Positions 36,441-48,000 of a stretch of DNA of 64,000 nucleotides are shown here, piece by piece. The stretch covers positions 4,774,001 to 4,838,000 of the forward strand of contig CM120649.1 of the NCBI GenBank assembly GCA_051362555.1, given 5' to 3'. A model generated the notes under the pieces. That model worked only from the letters and a program-made list of their open reading frames with translations, searched no databases and was not told where the DNA came from. The first letter of the stretch is position 1, and each line of letters begins with the position of its first letter. The translations under genes and the position numbers were made by a program. The stretch comes from Lingula anatina (taxonomy: Eukaryota; Animalia; Brachiopoda).

Positions 36441-37937
36441 TGACACAATTTAAGGTGAATGCCCTAATGCAGAAAAGTTCGCACCATCTTCCACTAGAAC
36501 ATTTCGTGACCCCAATTCACTTCCAAGCTGACGGAAGAGAATCAATTGCGTACACATTAGCTCTTATTATAAGGTAAAATTACAATGTGATACATGCATC
36601 TGAGAACAGCAGCTACTGTACATGAATGAGGTGGAACATATAAAATATCACCTAAGCCAAGTTTCATTTTTTCTAACAATGACTGAAATAAGTATTATTG
36701 TCTACAGAAGATAAGAAAACCAGTATGCAAAATGCAGTCAAATTACAGTGAAATCTGTTAACTTAACCAGCATGATCTACAAAAGAATGCATAAACCTGC
36801 CATCGATGACAGAATATGAACACAATGACTACACGTCAATACTTCATAATGCTTTCAAAATCATCAGCCATCTGACAAATTGAGAAGATAAAATACAAAT
36901 GCTGGGGGGGGAGGGGGGGAGCTACTTTAGGGGGTAAAGAAACTGTAACAAAAATATAATCACTCCCTAAATAAGAGGCAATAAAACTTGACTTCCCAAC
37001 ACTGAATTAATCAGGGATAAGATTAAAGGTAAACAGATCAACACAGTCATCAACTCCCGAGGCACACAGGCAACGGGTTTGCTTCAAGTTACTATCATTT
37101 CCGTCCCTGAGGCGGAATTTTTAGATCCCTTTATTTCTCTAATTGGTCAGAGAGAAGATTAAACAAAAACAGAGCAACAATGAAATATTCAGGACCTGCC
37201 TGGGGTACAATACTGCAGTCATTAACTGTCAAGCCTGTCAAAGGTGGCTAGGTTTATTTTTCATTACTTTTGCAATAATGTCCATGTTTCCCCTCAGCAG
37301 CTCTCTTTCTTATTGAGTGGAAAAAAAGGACAATTTACACAATACAGAATGGTGCAAACAGCAGTCTGACCTGGTTTGACTGGTGTGTTTTTTGGCATGC
37401 CTGACACTGTGATACATGTAGGATATTTTTTTCTTTTTTCTTTTCCTTTTTTTTTTAAATCTATGTTTGCATATTTCATGAGCATTTTACACATAAAACA
37501 CTGGTGAAGAGGTTTGTCTACAAGGAGACTACCCTGTAAATTCACCAGCTTTTCCTTATGACAAGTCATAAAGCTCTGAACAAGTTAAACTATTCTCAAT
37601 AAATACCGACTCCCTTGATTAAGCCAACAGATATAAGCCTGATTGTTTTTTTTTTCTTTTTCTAAACTTTTGAACACTTATCGTATAACCTGCACCTGTC
37701 AGCCTGAGGCCTAAGGGCTGCGTTCAGAACTGATGCAAAAATCACAGAATTTCAAAATTCTGTGAAAATAGTTCATGCCTCAGCCAACTGAGGGCAAAGT
37801 AATAACATAAATAGTGGCAAGATATGTCTAGCAGTCTATGTACCAGTCTGACTTAAGGTCACTAGCCACCCAACCCAGTCAAGTTGTTTACGTTACAGCA
37901 CCTATGCTCTCTCAGGTAAGGACAAGGGAAAAAGTTG

Positions 37938-38123
37938 CAGGGCATTCAAAACACTTGACTAACAGATCTGTGGATCAAGTATGGCGATGTACTAAAAAGC
38001 TTGCCTCTTTATTCCAGATAAGACACTGAATAGATTCACTGCAGGGATTGCGCAAACAACCATTCTAGTGGGTCAGTCATATTTGATCCGTGGATCTGTG
38101 AGTCCGCGGTTCTGAATGCACTC
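37938..38123. mobile_element. MITE family A (solo TIR-like sequence also at 37715-37730)
   Basis: gggcattcaaaac..gactaacagatc ... gatctgtgagtccgcggttctgaatgcactc|tta. Confidence 0.85.
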
Positions 38124-38126
38124 TTA

Positions 38127-38352
38127 GGGTGCTTTCCCAGAGATTTAGATTGATCTAAAGATTAAGATTTAGATCGAACTAACTCCCTGGGGGTTCACGC
38201 TAAATTGCAATCAGCCGAGCGGGCACCATAGTTAATTACCCCCTTACAGCGTTTAGTAGGCGGGACAGACGCTTAAGCCGGCCAAGCTGACAGTAATCTA
38301 GTGAGACTCCCCACAGGGATAGATCGATCTAAAAATCTATGGAAATGGGGTG
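38127..38352. mobile_element. MITE family B, flanked by TTA/TTA, abutting the family A copy
   Basis: Internal sequence aligns with 26269-26485 (ttagtaggcgggacagac, aatctagtgagactcccca, gatagatcgatctaaaaatct). Confidence 0.9.
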
Positions 38353-40645
38353 TTAGACAGAAAGGTACCACATTCCCCCAATACTGACTGGAGTGGACTA
38401 CCTAGTCTAAATTAGCCAGACTATTTGTGAAACTGGTAAGGCAAGGCAGGAGGAAAGGTGAAAGAGAGGATAAAGAATGATATATTTATGTCATATGACC
38501 ACCAGCTCCCAGACAGAAATGAAAAATGTGATGTCAGAAAAGCACTATCTAGCCCTAAGATATGGTGGTCTTACTTCTCGACTACAAACAGCTTTCCATC
38601 CAGCAGATCCATAAATACATTGACAGAGTGTAAGGGCCCACTCCCAATAAAAGTAGCGTTCTACATAGATCGATACAACTCCATGGGGACTCTTGCTGAA
38701 TGCAATCAGATTGACATATTAACACACTTCCTCTAGTTTCCAACATACTGGTTTAATCCCAGCTTTTCCATATGGTAATCAACACCATTGGGACTGGGCC
38801 CTAAAACATGATGCTCTGAAATGTCATGCCAGTTTCTCGCCATGCCTTAAGGATTATTTTAACTTTTTAAAAGGCTGACATTTGGGCTGCCTACAGGAAG
38901 AAGACTGACTATTCACACATACAGGTGTGGGTGGATGTAAGGGGTAAACTTGAGGGCTAACAATGTGGGGTTAGGGGAAAGGGGTAAATTAAGGGGTGAC
39001 AAAAAGCAGGGGAGAGGGGGTAATCTGGAAGATGACATTGTTAAGGGGAGAGGAAAGGAAGGGGTATACTGAGAGGTAACAAAAAACTCTTTGGAGAGTG
39101 AGGAATGCCAGAACGATATCAATTAGCCATGAGCAGGATATGCCACCCATTCACTTGTTAACTAAGCATTTCCAATTATTATAAAACATGCGCCCCATGC
39201 TTTCAAATCCATTAAAAGTAAAATACCACCTACGTATCAATGCTATGTCAAATATCTTTCTGTAAACTGCCAAAATATTTGCAAAATAAAATAAAAAAAA
39301 TGTCAACAAATTTGGCCTCTGGATGTTAAGTCATACCAAAAATTTAATATGGCATCAGCTTGTCAGATACCATTATTTTTAATTATAAGAAAAATATGTG
39401 GCAAGTTTAAAAATTCACAGATTTTCTAGAGTGCCTTTTCAAATACAAGTCAATCAAGTTTCCAGCTGTCAGCAGTCGCTGAACCTTTGCCTGTATTTGT
39501 GTCGGGTGCCAGTGACCCCGAGATTGAAATATTTCAACACTTTTAATGCAGGGAAAAGGTGTTCAGTTTCCTCGTACAGCAGTTTTACTAAATATATTAC
39601 AACAAATATCTTCTTAACAAAAAATACATGTTTAAGTTGTCAATATAAGAAAGTTGCACATTGCTATTGTGTATGGATAAATAAAAGATACCTCCATAAC
39701 AATGACAAGCTTTTATAATGATTTTGCGCGGATATTTCTGGATCAACACTATATTTTACTTCTCAACTGCCTTTAAACAATAACAAACATTCTGAGCCTG
39801 TAAATGCCCTTACACTTTCTTACATAAGTTGACTGGAGAAAGGGAGAGACCCTCCTAAAATCTAATCACAAAAATCTCAACTGTTTCAAAGAGTTGCAAC
39901 CTTAAAACTGACTTGCTGTCTAAAAATTATCCTCGAGGTGTGCCCAAACTTTTGACCAATTTTCTGAAAGGCATTTGGGACCCGTAACAAGTTCCAGCAC
40001 TCTCCTCACTTGTCAGTGCCTATCAAGAGGACTTCCTGTATAATTTCACAGGTGACTGACACAGCTCTTTTCTCTTCAACAAAAGATTAACTGGTCACTG
40101 GAAGCTGGAAGAGCTTGGAAGTTCACCGACTACATGATATTGTAATGAACAGTAATATGGGAAAAATTATCAATCTTTCTGATACATATTTTTAGTTATC
40201 ATAAAAGATATATTTCTGTGTTACATCTGAACTGATTTTACTGTATAAAATAAAAGCTTAAAAAAGCTTGCTTTTCTTTTTTGTTGCTAAAAGGAATGCT
40301 CTAATTTTAAGAATTTACAACTTATATAAAAAAAAACCTGTAAAAATATTTGTAAAAATTCATAATTTTCCCCATTGAAATAATCAAGACATTACCACAT
40401 GCTGTATTTTGCACATGCTGGCTTCAACTAATAGAGTGCAATGACCCTGCAAATGTGGATGAATTACATCAAGTACCTGATAAATTATCAGCTAAGCTAA
40501 TATCTATATTCATAATGAGCATTTAATAATTTAAGTCCATATCCTGCTTGTTCAGAAAGATGTTAGTACATACAAGCAGAGTTGATGGAAGAAGACCCAT
40601 TCTATTCCACACTCCCTAACAGAGTAATGGTAAAGGTATATTTAA

Positions 40646-40982
40646 AGGGATAATAACTCTTCATTTTGGTCAAAAAATGAATTTTCCTGGAGTAAACAAC
40701 AATTTTCCCATACTTACCAATGGTTAATGAATCCATTTTTACATTCAAAGTAAGTCCCTGGTATTTTTCTAATAAGTTTGGTTTTTTGTTAAAATCTCTT
40801 AAGAGATTATAACAGAGTATAGCCATCAATGAAGGTCACGTGGTCTGAAGACCAGCTCAGATATCAGAATAAAAGCTATAACTACCATTTTTGTGGTAAA
40901 ACAAAATATATTATATTTCTGTAAGTTATTCACAATGTTTTTATTGTGAAATATAAATCTCATACGAAGAGTTATTATCCCT
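40646..40982. mobile_element. Kolobok-type MITE (TTAA target duplication, purine termini)
   Basis: ttaa|agggataataactcttc ... gaagagttattatccct|ttaa; perfect 17-bp TIR; the AG start favours Kolobok over piggyBac. Confidence 0.85.
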
Positions 40983-41034
40983 TTAAATAAATCTAGATTT
41001 GTTTAGCCAACATTGTTAATATCTGTCTGTCTAT

Positions 41035-41721
41035 AACCCCATTCACACGGGACACTTTCAATCGCAATAAGTGCCAAATCGCAATTCTATCGATGTAAAG
41101 CTTCTAGTGTGAACACAGTAGAGACGCCAAATCGCGATTCAAATTAATCCTACTCGAGAGATGGATTCTATCGATGTAAACTTAAATCGCGATTTAAAAT
41201 TTCCTAGTGAGAACGGGATCGATGTTAACACCGGAAGTTGAGGACTTAAGGCGCGTGCACAGTTTCTATCGAAAGTACAATACAATACAATAAATTTTAT
41301 TCCATGTCGGGCATAAATTGAAACGAAACATTAGCTAAATACAGCTATTCGCCGACTGGAAAGTGAAAGAAAACAAACTGTCCACGCAATTTCAAGTTTC
41401 TTCGCAGTCAGCAAAATGGCCAAGAGGACGTACTGGTATGAAAACTCAGTGGCAGCATAACTAAATATTTGGGCCGATGAGAGTATTAAACAGAAAATAA
41501 CACCGTACACACCGAAAGCATGGTCTTGAAGACAGCTACTGCGCATGATCAACAGGATATATCGTGACTCCCCTAGCGAGCGCAGTTGCAATTACCAGAT
41601 CTAGCAAGGTAAATCGCGATTTCGTTTTTACATGTGTGAACTCAAAAAAGTGAATTTAGCTCAGCGCGTTGGAAACGCGATTCCCTTAATCTCGATTAAC
41701 CATGTAGGTGTGAATGGGGCT
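41035..41721 (+). mobile_element. PIF/Harbinger deletion derivative with a remnant of the Myb/SANT-like gene
   Basis: TIR ccccattcacac / gtgtgaatgggg; subterminal aaatcgc(g/a)att repeats; 41416-41499 translates MAKRTYWYENSVAA*LNIWADESIKQKI. Confidence 0.8.
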
Positions 41722-41723
41722 TA

Positions 41724-41914
41724 TGAGTGCATTCAGAGCAGCAGACTAACATATCCAGGTATCAAATATGGCTTATCCACTTGAATGCTTTTCGCATAAT
41801 CCCTGTGAGGACTGTATTCGGTGTCTATAATTGGGAATTAAGCGGCAAGCACTGATGCAGGTCGCTATATTTCATCTGCGGATCTATATTAGTCTGCTGT
41901 GCCGAATGCATGCG
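41724..41914. mobile_element. MITE family A, inverted relative to the copies at 27720, 37938 and 52627
   Basis: gagtgcattcagagcagcagactaa ... ttagtctgctgtgccgaatgca; the interior is the reverse complement of 52650-52790. Confidence 0.87.
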
Positions 41915-43126
41915 CTCCATATGTCTACAAGTCATTGGGACTCTGTCATCAGTGGCTATCTACCTCCATAAAGTTATTCACCTTAATTTTCTACTAGAAG
42001 TTTACACCTGAAACAGACAATTTTGCTTCCCAAATAAATAATGCCCCACCTCCTATAATCATGCCTTCATACATACAGCATATATATGGCCTACTCACTA
42101 ATATACTGCCCAGTCCACTGTCTGACCAGTGAAGTTGAAAGACATTGGATATACCACAGTGATGTCTGCGCTGTCCCAGCCAACCACGACCAAATTCCAG
42201 TAGCTTCACACTTATCTCAATGGTTCACATATCATACAGACAAATGTTTTGGTGAAAACTTCACAGCAGCAATGACCCAATATCAAACAACATTGCATGC
42301 CATCTGATGGATAAAGTGTCCAGGCCAGGGTCAGTCACCCGGTGTCCAACTACAGCCGGTTGACCTCTTGACCACCACATGGTTTTGTAATGCTGACCAG
42401 ATACACTTTGAGAGGGGGCAGCTCAAAACGGGATTTTTTATTTTTTTTTTAGATGCGGGCAAAGTGGTGGCCTCAAATATCAAGGAAATATTGGGGGCAG
42501 ATTAAACTTCTATAAAGTTTACTGGTGAGCTCTATTATTCTAAGATGGGGGGGGGGGGGGGCAGCTCACAATTACAAGTCATGTTTCACCTTATGGTAAG
42601 TAAGACCAGGTCAAAATTATATTTTTTGGAAAAAAAAAAAAAATACATCATCAGGTGGCAACCATAGAAACCCCCTGGTTATTTAGTTCCATAAACGCCA
42701 ATGTTAAGTTGAGTTTCCAATTCAAATCAACTCAAAGTCAAACCACTCTCACACATAAAACTCTAAATTTCAATTTAAGTGTCAAATGTCAACCTTTTCA
42801 CTGCTAAAACACATCTAAGTCTAAAGCAAGTCCACCTGACAATACCCCGCCCTTGTCTAACCAAACTTCAACCACAAGAAAGCAATTCAAGACTGCCAAT
42901 AGTTTAACCCTTTGATGTGCCTTAAAAAGGGTAGACCTTTAGTCTGGGTTTCAATCAATTTGACCACAGGTAGACCGCTAAATATCTTGACTACAATGAT
43001 GGAAAGAGAATACACATCTCTCCCACCAACTTTATAACAATAGCACGTCAACCACTGTGCATTTATTTATACACTGTACATGAGGAGTGGAACTTCGTTA
43101 AATTTCAATAAAATTTTAAAGACAGT

Positions 43127-43129
<3 letters not shown>

Positions 43130-43187
<58 letters not shown>
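43130..43187. repeat. (GA)n microsatellite followed by a purine-rich tract
   Basis: Direct reading. Confidence 0.95.
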
Positions 43188-43194
<7 letters not shown>

Positions 43195-44731
43195 GAAGGA
43201 AGAAAAAGAAAGGAGAGAAGAAAGGAAAGAGAGAGAGAGGTGGGGAGAGAGGACAACTGGCAGGTGTACCTGCATTTATAAACTTAGCTCTCTTTCTACA
43301 TATAGCCAAAGGGCACTGAACAACAGACAATATCCTATTAAGACAATAATTACAATGTCACAGACAGACTTGTAAAAAACAGCCACAAACCACCAAAATA
43401 ATCAAGCTCAAGCTAAAATAGAGCACAAAGCATTGTCACACAGTGTGTCTCTCTGTGTTAAGTCTGCTGGATCCATTATTGGAAAAGACAATCTCATTCT
43501 TGTGGTCTACAGAGGGCAGTGTTACACAAGACAGGCTATATGAGTTTCATATTTGTGGTTTACCAGAATTCCTGTACCGCAGGTGTGAGGAGACGGTGTA
43601 TTATTTGACCAGGCCACAAGGTGACCGTCAGGCGCTGAAATCTAAAGAGCTTACGCCCACTTTAGCGTTTTTTGTCATAAGGATATTGTTGAGTTTTTAA
43701 GTATATCTTTCATAGTTACAGCTCTTTTTTCATGGTTACAGTTACTGTATAAGTCTGTTGTTAATTTATGCCTTTTTTCATGCATTTTGACTTTACAGCT
43801 ATGCTTGGCTGACTGATAGCTAGCAGCACTTCACTATTGTGAGAGAGAATCAAATGAGAGAGAATCAAAGTTAAATTTTAGTCCGAGAAAAGGCATCAAG
43901 CGTTAAACCAATTCCTATACGATAATGCTGATATTTTCTTAAGATATTTTCCTTAAATCAAAATATTTAAAACACTTCAATTAGCAAGTACTGGCCATTA
44001 TCAATTACTGGAACCTATAACAGGAAAATAACACTCAGTAACTAAGACCACTACTTACCTAGTTATTCCAAAAATAACATGCTTCAAAACAAGTCTATTA
44101 TCACATACTGCAAGCCAATTCCTCTATTACAAATAAGAAATATTAAGACGTGTTTTAAGTTGGGTCCACCTTACTTGTTACCTCTCATTTCAGCAGCATG
44201 TCTGGGGCCCTATGTCTGGTGTGAGGACTTATGACTACAACTTGGTCTGGGTATTCTAAGATATGCTTACCCAAAGTGGGTGTAAACACGACTAAATTAA
44301 TACCACACAAATTTATTTATCAACCAACTTATCAACCTGCCTCAACAGAAAAACTTGAAAACAACTTGGTTATCACTCTGATCATAATCAGGTCCTTGAA
44401 GCACACTACAGGTAATAATAACAATCTCATCTGAATAACAAGGACCAATTAAATGGGAAGCTCTAATTAAAGGCTTCCTACCTTGTTATGTCAAAACATT
44501 TAACTTCAAAGGAAACACAGTATGTCAGGTAAAAGAGATTCTACACATCATATTGCTAAATAGTTAATTTAGTGAGGAAATATCAGGAAAGAAAAATATT
44601 TGTAATTTAAAATGAGCTCCTGACTGTTTACTTTCTCCCAACCATTAACTTTTTTCTCATTTTCTCCATTCTCTACCCCCCCCCCCCTTATCTCTCAGCT
44701 CTCTTTCTTCTTTCCTCCTGTCCTTCCCTAA

Positions 44732-45099
44732 AGCCTAGGTCCCAACTACGTTTTGCACGCACAGTTTTTAGGTTCCTTTTGTCTGGCTAGGACGTAGCTA
44801 GATTGCACGTAGCGGCTGTTGATTATGTCGAAAAGTTAAGCCTAGGTCCCAACTACGTTTTGGGTGCACGGTTTTTTGGTTCCTTGCGTTCGGCTAGGAC
44901 GTAGTTAGATTGCACGTAGTGGCTGTTGATCATGTCGAAAAGTTTCTACGTGCTGGTTGCGTCCTCCAAAAGTCGCACAATGGACGTGCTCCTCATGCAC
45001 AAACTCCTTCCCGATTCCTTCCATGCGATCTAGCTACGTCCTAGACGGACGCAAGGAACCTAAAAACCGTGCGTCCAAAACGTAGTTGGGACCTAGGCT
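44732..45099. mobile_element. MITE family D: full 261-bp copy 44839-45099 (TTA/TTA, ~75-bp TIRs) preceded by a 107-bp copy of its left end
   Basis: agcctaggtcccaactacgttttg at 44732 and 44839; reverse complement caaaacgtagttgggacctaggct ends at 45099. Confidence 0.92.
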
Positions 45100-48000
45100 T
45101 TACCCTCTTACCCTTTTCCTTTTGCCATTTTTTTTTTTTTTTTTGTCACTCAACTTATTTTCTCTCCTTCTCAAACCCATTCCAGGTAATTGTATGACCA
45201 AAATATATCGACTCTCTCTTTTTAGTTAAACTTACAAATACCCAGAAAGTCCTGTGATAAATAGGCCCCCCTCAACAAAGACCAGCCAACCTTACCAAAC
45301 ATCTGGCCAAGTAAACCAACTACCATGCTTGCTTATTGCATAATACGCTACTTTGCATACAGAGTGCTGAAGAAATTCCACACAGACAAAACATCAATAA
45401 TCCTTAAGGCCTAGTTAGGCAAGGTTCAGAAAAATTTTATTGAGTTACAATATCACCAATATGTGGCCAACAGTGTGCAGTGGCCACTTCTATTCCAAAG
45501 ACTGCATATACACCAACAGATGCCTTTACTTTGTCCTCATGAAGTCTTAGTACACAGGCCACACATGATTTCAGTGTACGGAACATTAGATGTGCGCGTC
45601 CAAGCTCAATATCAGCAGGTGGTTAACATATATGGCTACAGTTTTGCCATTACCAAACTCAAGATCAATAGATGACATTTTCAGGTCTTTCAGTAAATGT
45701 TCAACCATGACCCTCTTAAAACATGACTTCGATAAACTAGGTCACCCTAAAGCAGGGTTAAAACCTGCATCCGAAGTCGAAGGGTTTTTAAACCAGGTTA
45801 CAACACAGTTACAACTGGGCAAACACATTGATCACAAACAGATCCCGAAATTCTCACCTTTTCCTGAACTATCCTATATCCACCAGGTATCCCAGTCCAC
45901 GCTGTTAAAGCAGCAACGTCCACCAAAATGAGTGTAGAAACCACTGTTATCAGTGTCGAGAACTGACTCTCTCTCCAGCTCTACCACCAGAACACACAGC
46001 CGACCAGCCTGGCCTAATGCTTTGTTATTACTGCCAGGCCACATAGTAGAGAACAAAGACTACAAGGTGATAACAGGTAAAGGGGCATTGCTTACACACA
46101 CTCAGGGCACAATCATTTATCAGCATGTCCTTTTTCAATGCATGACAAAGAGCATGAGGTGATAACAGGTAGATATTAATTATTCACATGCAGGGCTCTC
46201 TTAATAACTGCCTACATGGAATATGGTTTGTTATCAATAAGGGGAATTTTAATGCATGTTCAGGGCCATCCCTTGATGAGTTTGGACTTAGCTTGCACAG
46301 TTATGCCTGCAATGGTCTGTGGTGGGACATCAGCTTTAGGACAATATATTTATACAGTATCTGGACCCCTTCATTGGATAGTAAAGAGAATTAAAAGGCT
46401 CTGGATGTTATCTATTCATGTTTTGGGGTCTCCTTATTTAATTAAGAGCACACGGAAATCTTAAGGTCAGAATTTCTAGTGGTACAAAGGCATGGAATAT
46501 TGTTTATGATTTGGACTTCTTTACCATCTAGAAACCAGTGTGATTATGAGCATGTGCAAAGGTAAATCTTTGAAGAGAACAAAAGGCGTCAAAATTTAAC
46601 TAGTGAAAGAACGACAACAAATTACACAGCTGTCAACTCCACAGATTCGTATTTACCCTTATTTCTCCACATTTTAATCAAACACTTCCTTTTTTTATTT
46701 CTTTTACTATCATTATTATTATTCATGCAACACTGGTTTCTTAACAACAACATATTTTGAGAAATGGAACATTTATGATTCTGCGAATTAAACAGCTCTT
46801 GCCAACAGGTGTTAAGGAAGATCATACATACATACATGACATTTTACCTAGCTTTCCATGCAGGCAAATCACCTATGTGGTTATATAAAATAAAAGTAAA
46901 TTGAGCATAAAAATATGGAACAAACTCGATCCAATCGAGCAGATATCATGAAATAAATCTGGTAAATCACAAGATTGGCTAATTAGCTTAAAACCTTGCT
47001 GGCCCTTATTTTTCATGGTTTTCACAGGTGAATGATTCAGTATTAATTATTCTCTATCCTGGGCTGGGGTAGGAAAAGTCAGGGCCTGGAATATGGGGGG
47101 AATAAACAAAGCACAGAGAACAGGTGCATTCTTGGAAAATGTAAACACACGACACTAACAACAGGTTGGTGATTCGTTCTAATTGGGGCTTGCGAAGACC
47201 ATGATTGTGTGTGTGTGTGTGTATGTGTGTGTGTGTGTGTGTATGTTTGTGTGCGTGTGTGTGGAGGGTGGGGTACATGTATGATGTATGAGTTTAAGTA
47301 TTAACACATGAATTTGTGTATGCACTCTTGGATCTGTGTGTATGTATGTTGTTGGATGTTATGTGCATAAGCATAAATGGTACACATGCAAAACATGTTT
47401 GTTTTTTGCTACATGTTTGAGAGTGGGCAGAGAGAGAGAGAGAGAGAGAGAGAGCGTCGGTTAGTGTTAAGTGTTCAACTGAGCGCATGTGATTTTTCAT
47501 CACAATAAGAAAAGAAATCTAAATTTTGTCATCATTTGTAACGTGCAAAAAAATTAAATGGACTCAAATATCCTAATTCAAACACTTAAAGAATGCCGGT
47601 TTGCTGTATGTTAGATAGGTAACCAATCAGAGACCATAACACATTTCACTAACAAGTATTAATTTTATCTTGGAGTAAGGAAATACAAAAGAAGCTAAAA
47701 ACCTCTTAGCTCCTGGGTCGTGAGATAAAACAGTCTAGATAATTTGCTTTCCTTGAAGAAGACTATTTCAGGTACTTAAGGTAAGTTTTCCTTGCCAACT
47801 AAGAAAACTTTTAACCACTCAAGAAGTTCTTACCATGGAAACAATGAAGGCCAAATATTAAAGCCCAAAATTTAAACAAAATTGAGGGTTTCCCCAAAAC
47901 CATTTTCTTAGTAATACCCGAAAAACATGATACAAATATTCTGAAAAGAGAGCCATTTTCATTTCTGCAGGAACAGACATCTCCACAACTCCAGCTATTA

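Noticed and set aside
45590-45931. 113-aa plus-strand ORF in the large intron
   Set aside because: No recognisable motif or splice structure; within the length expected by chance.
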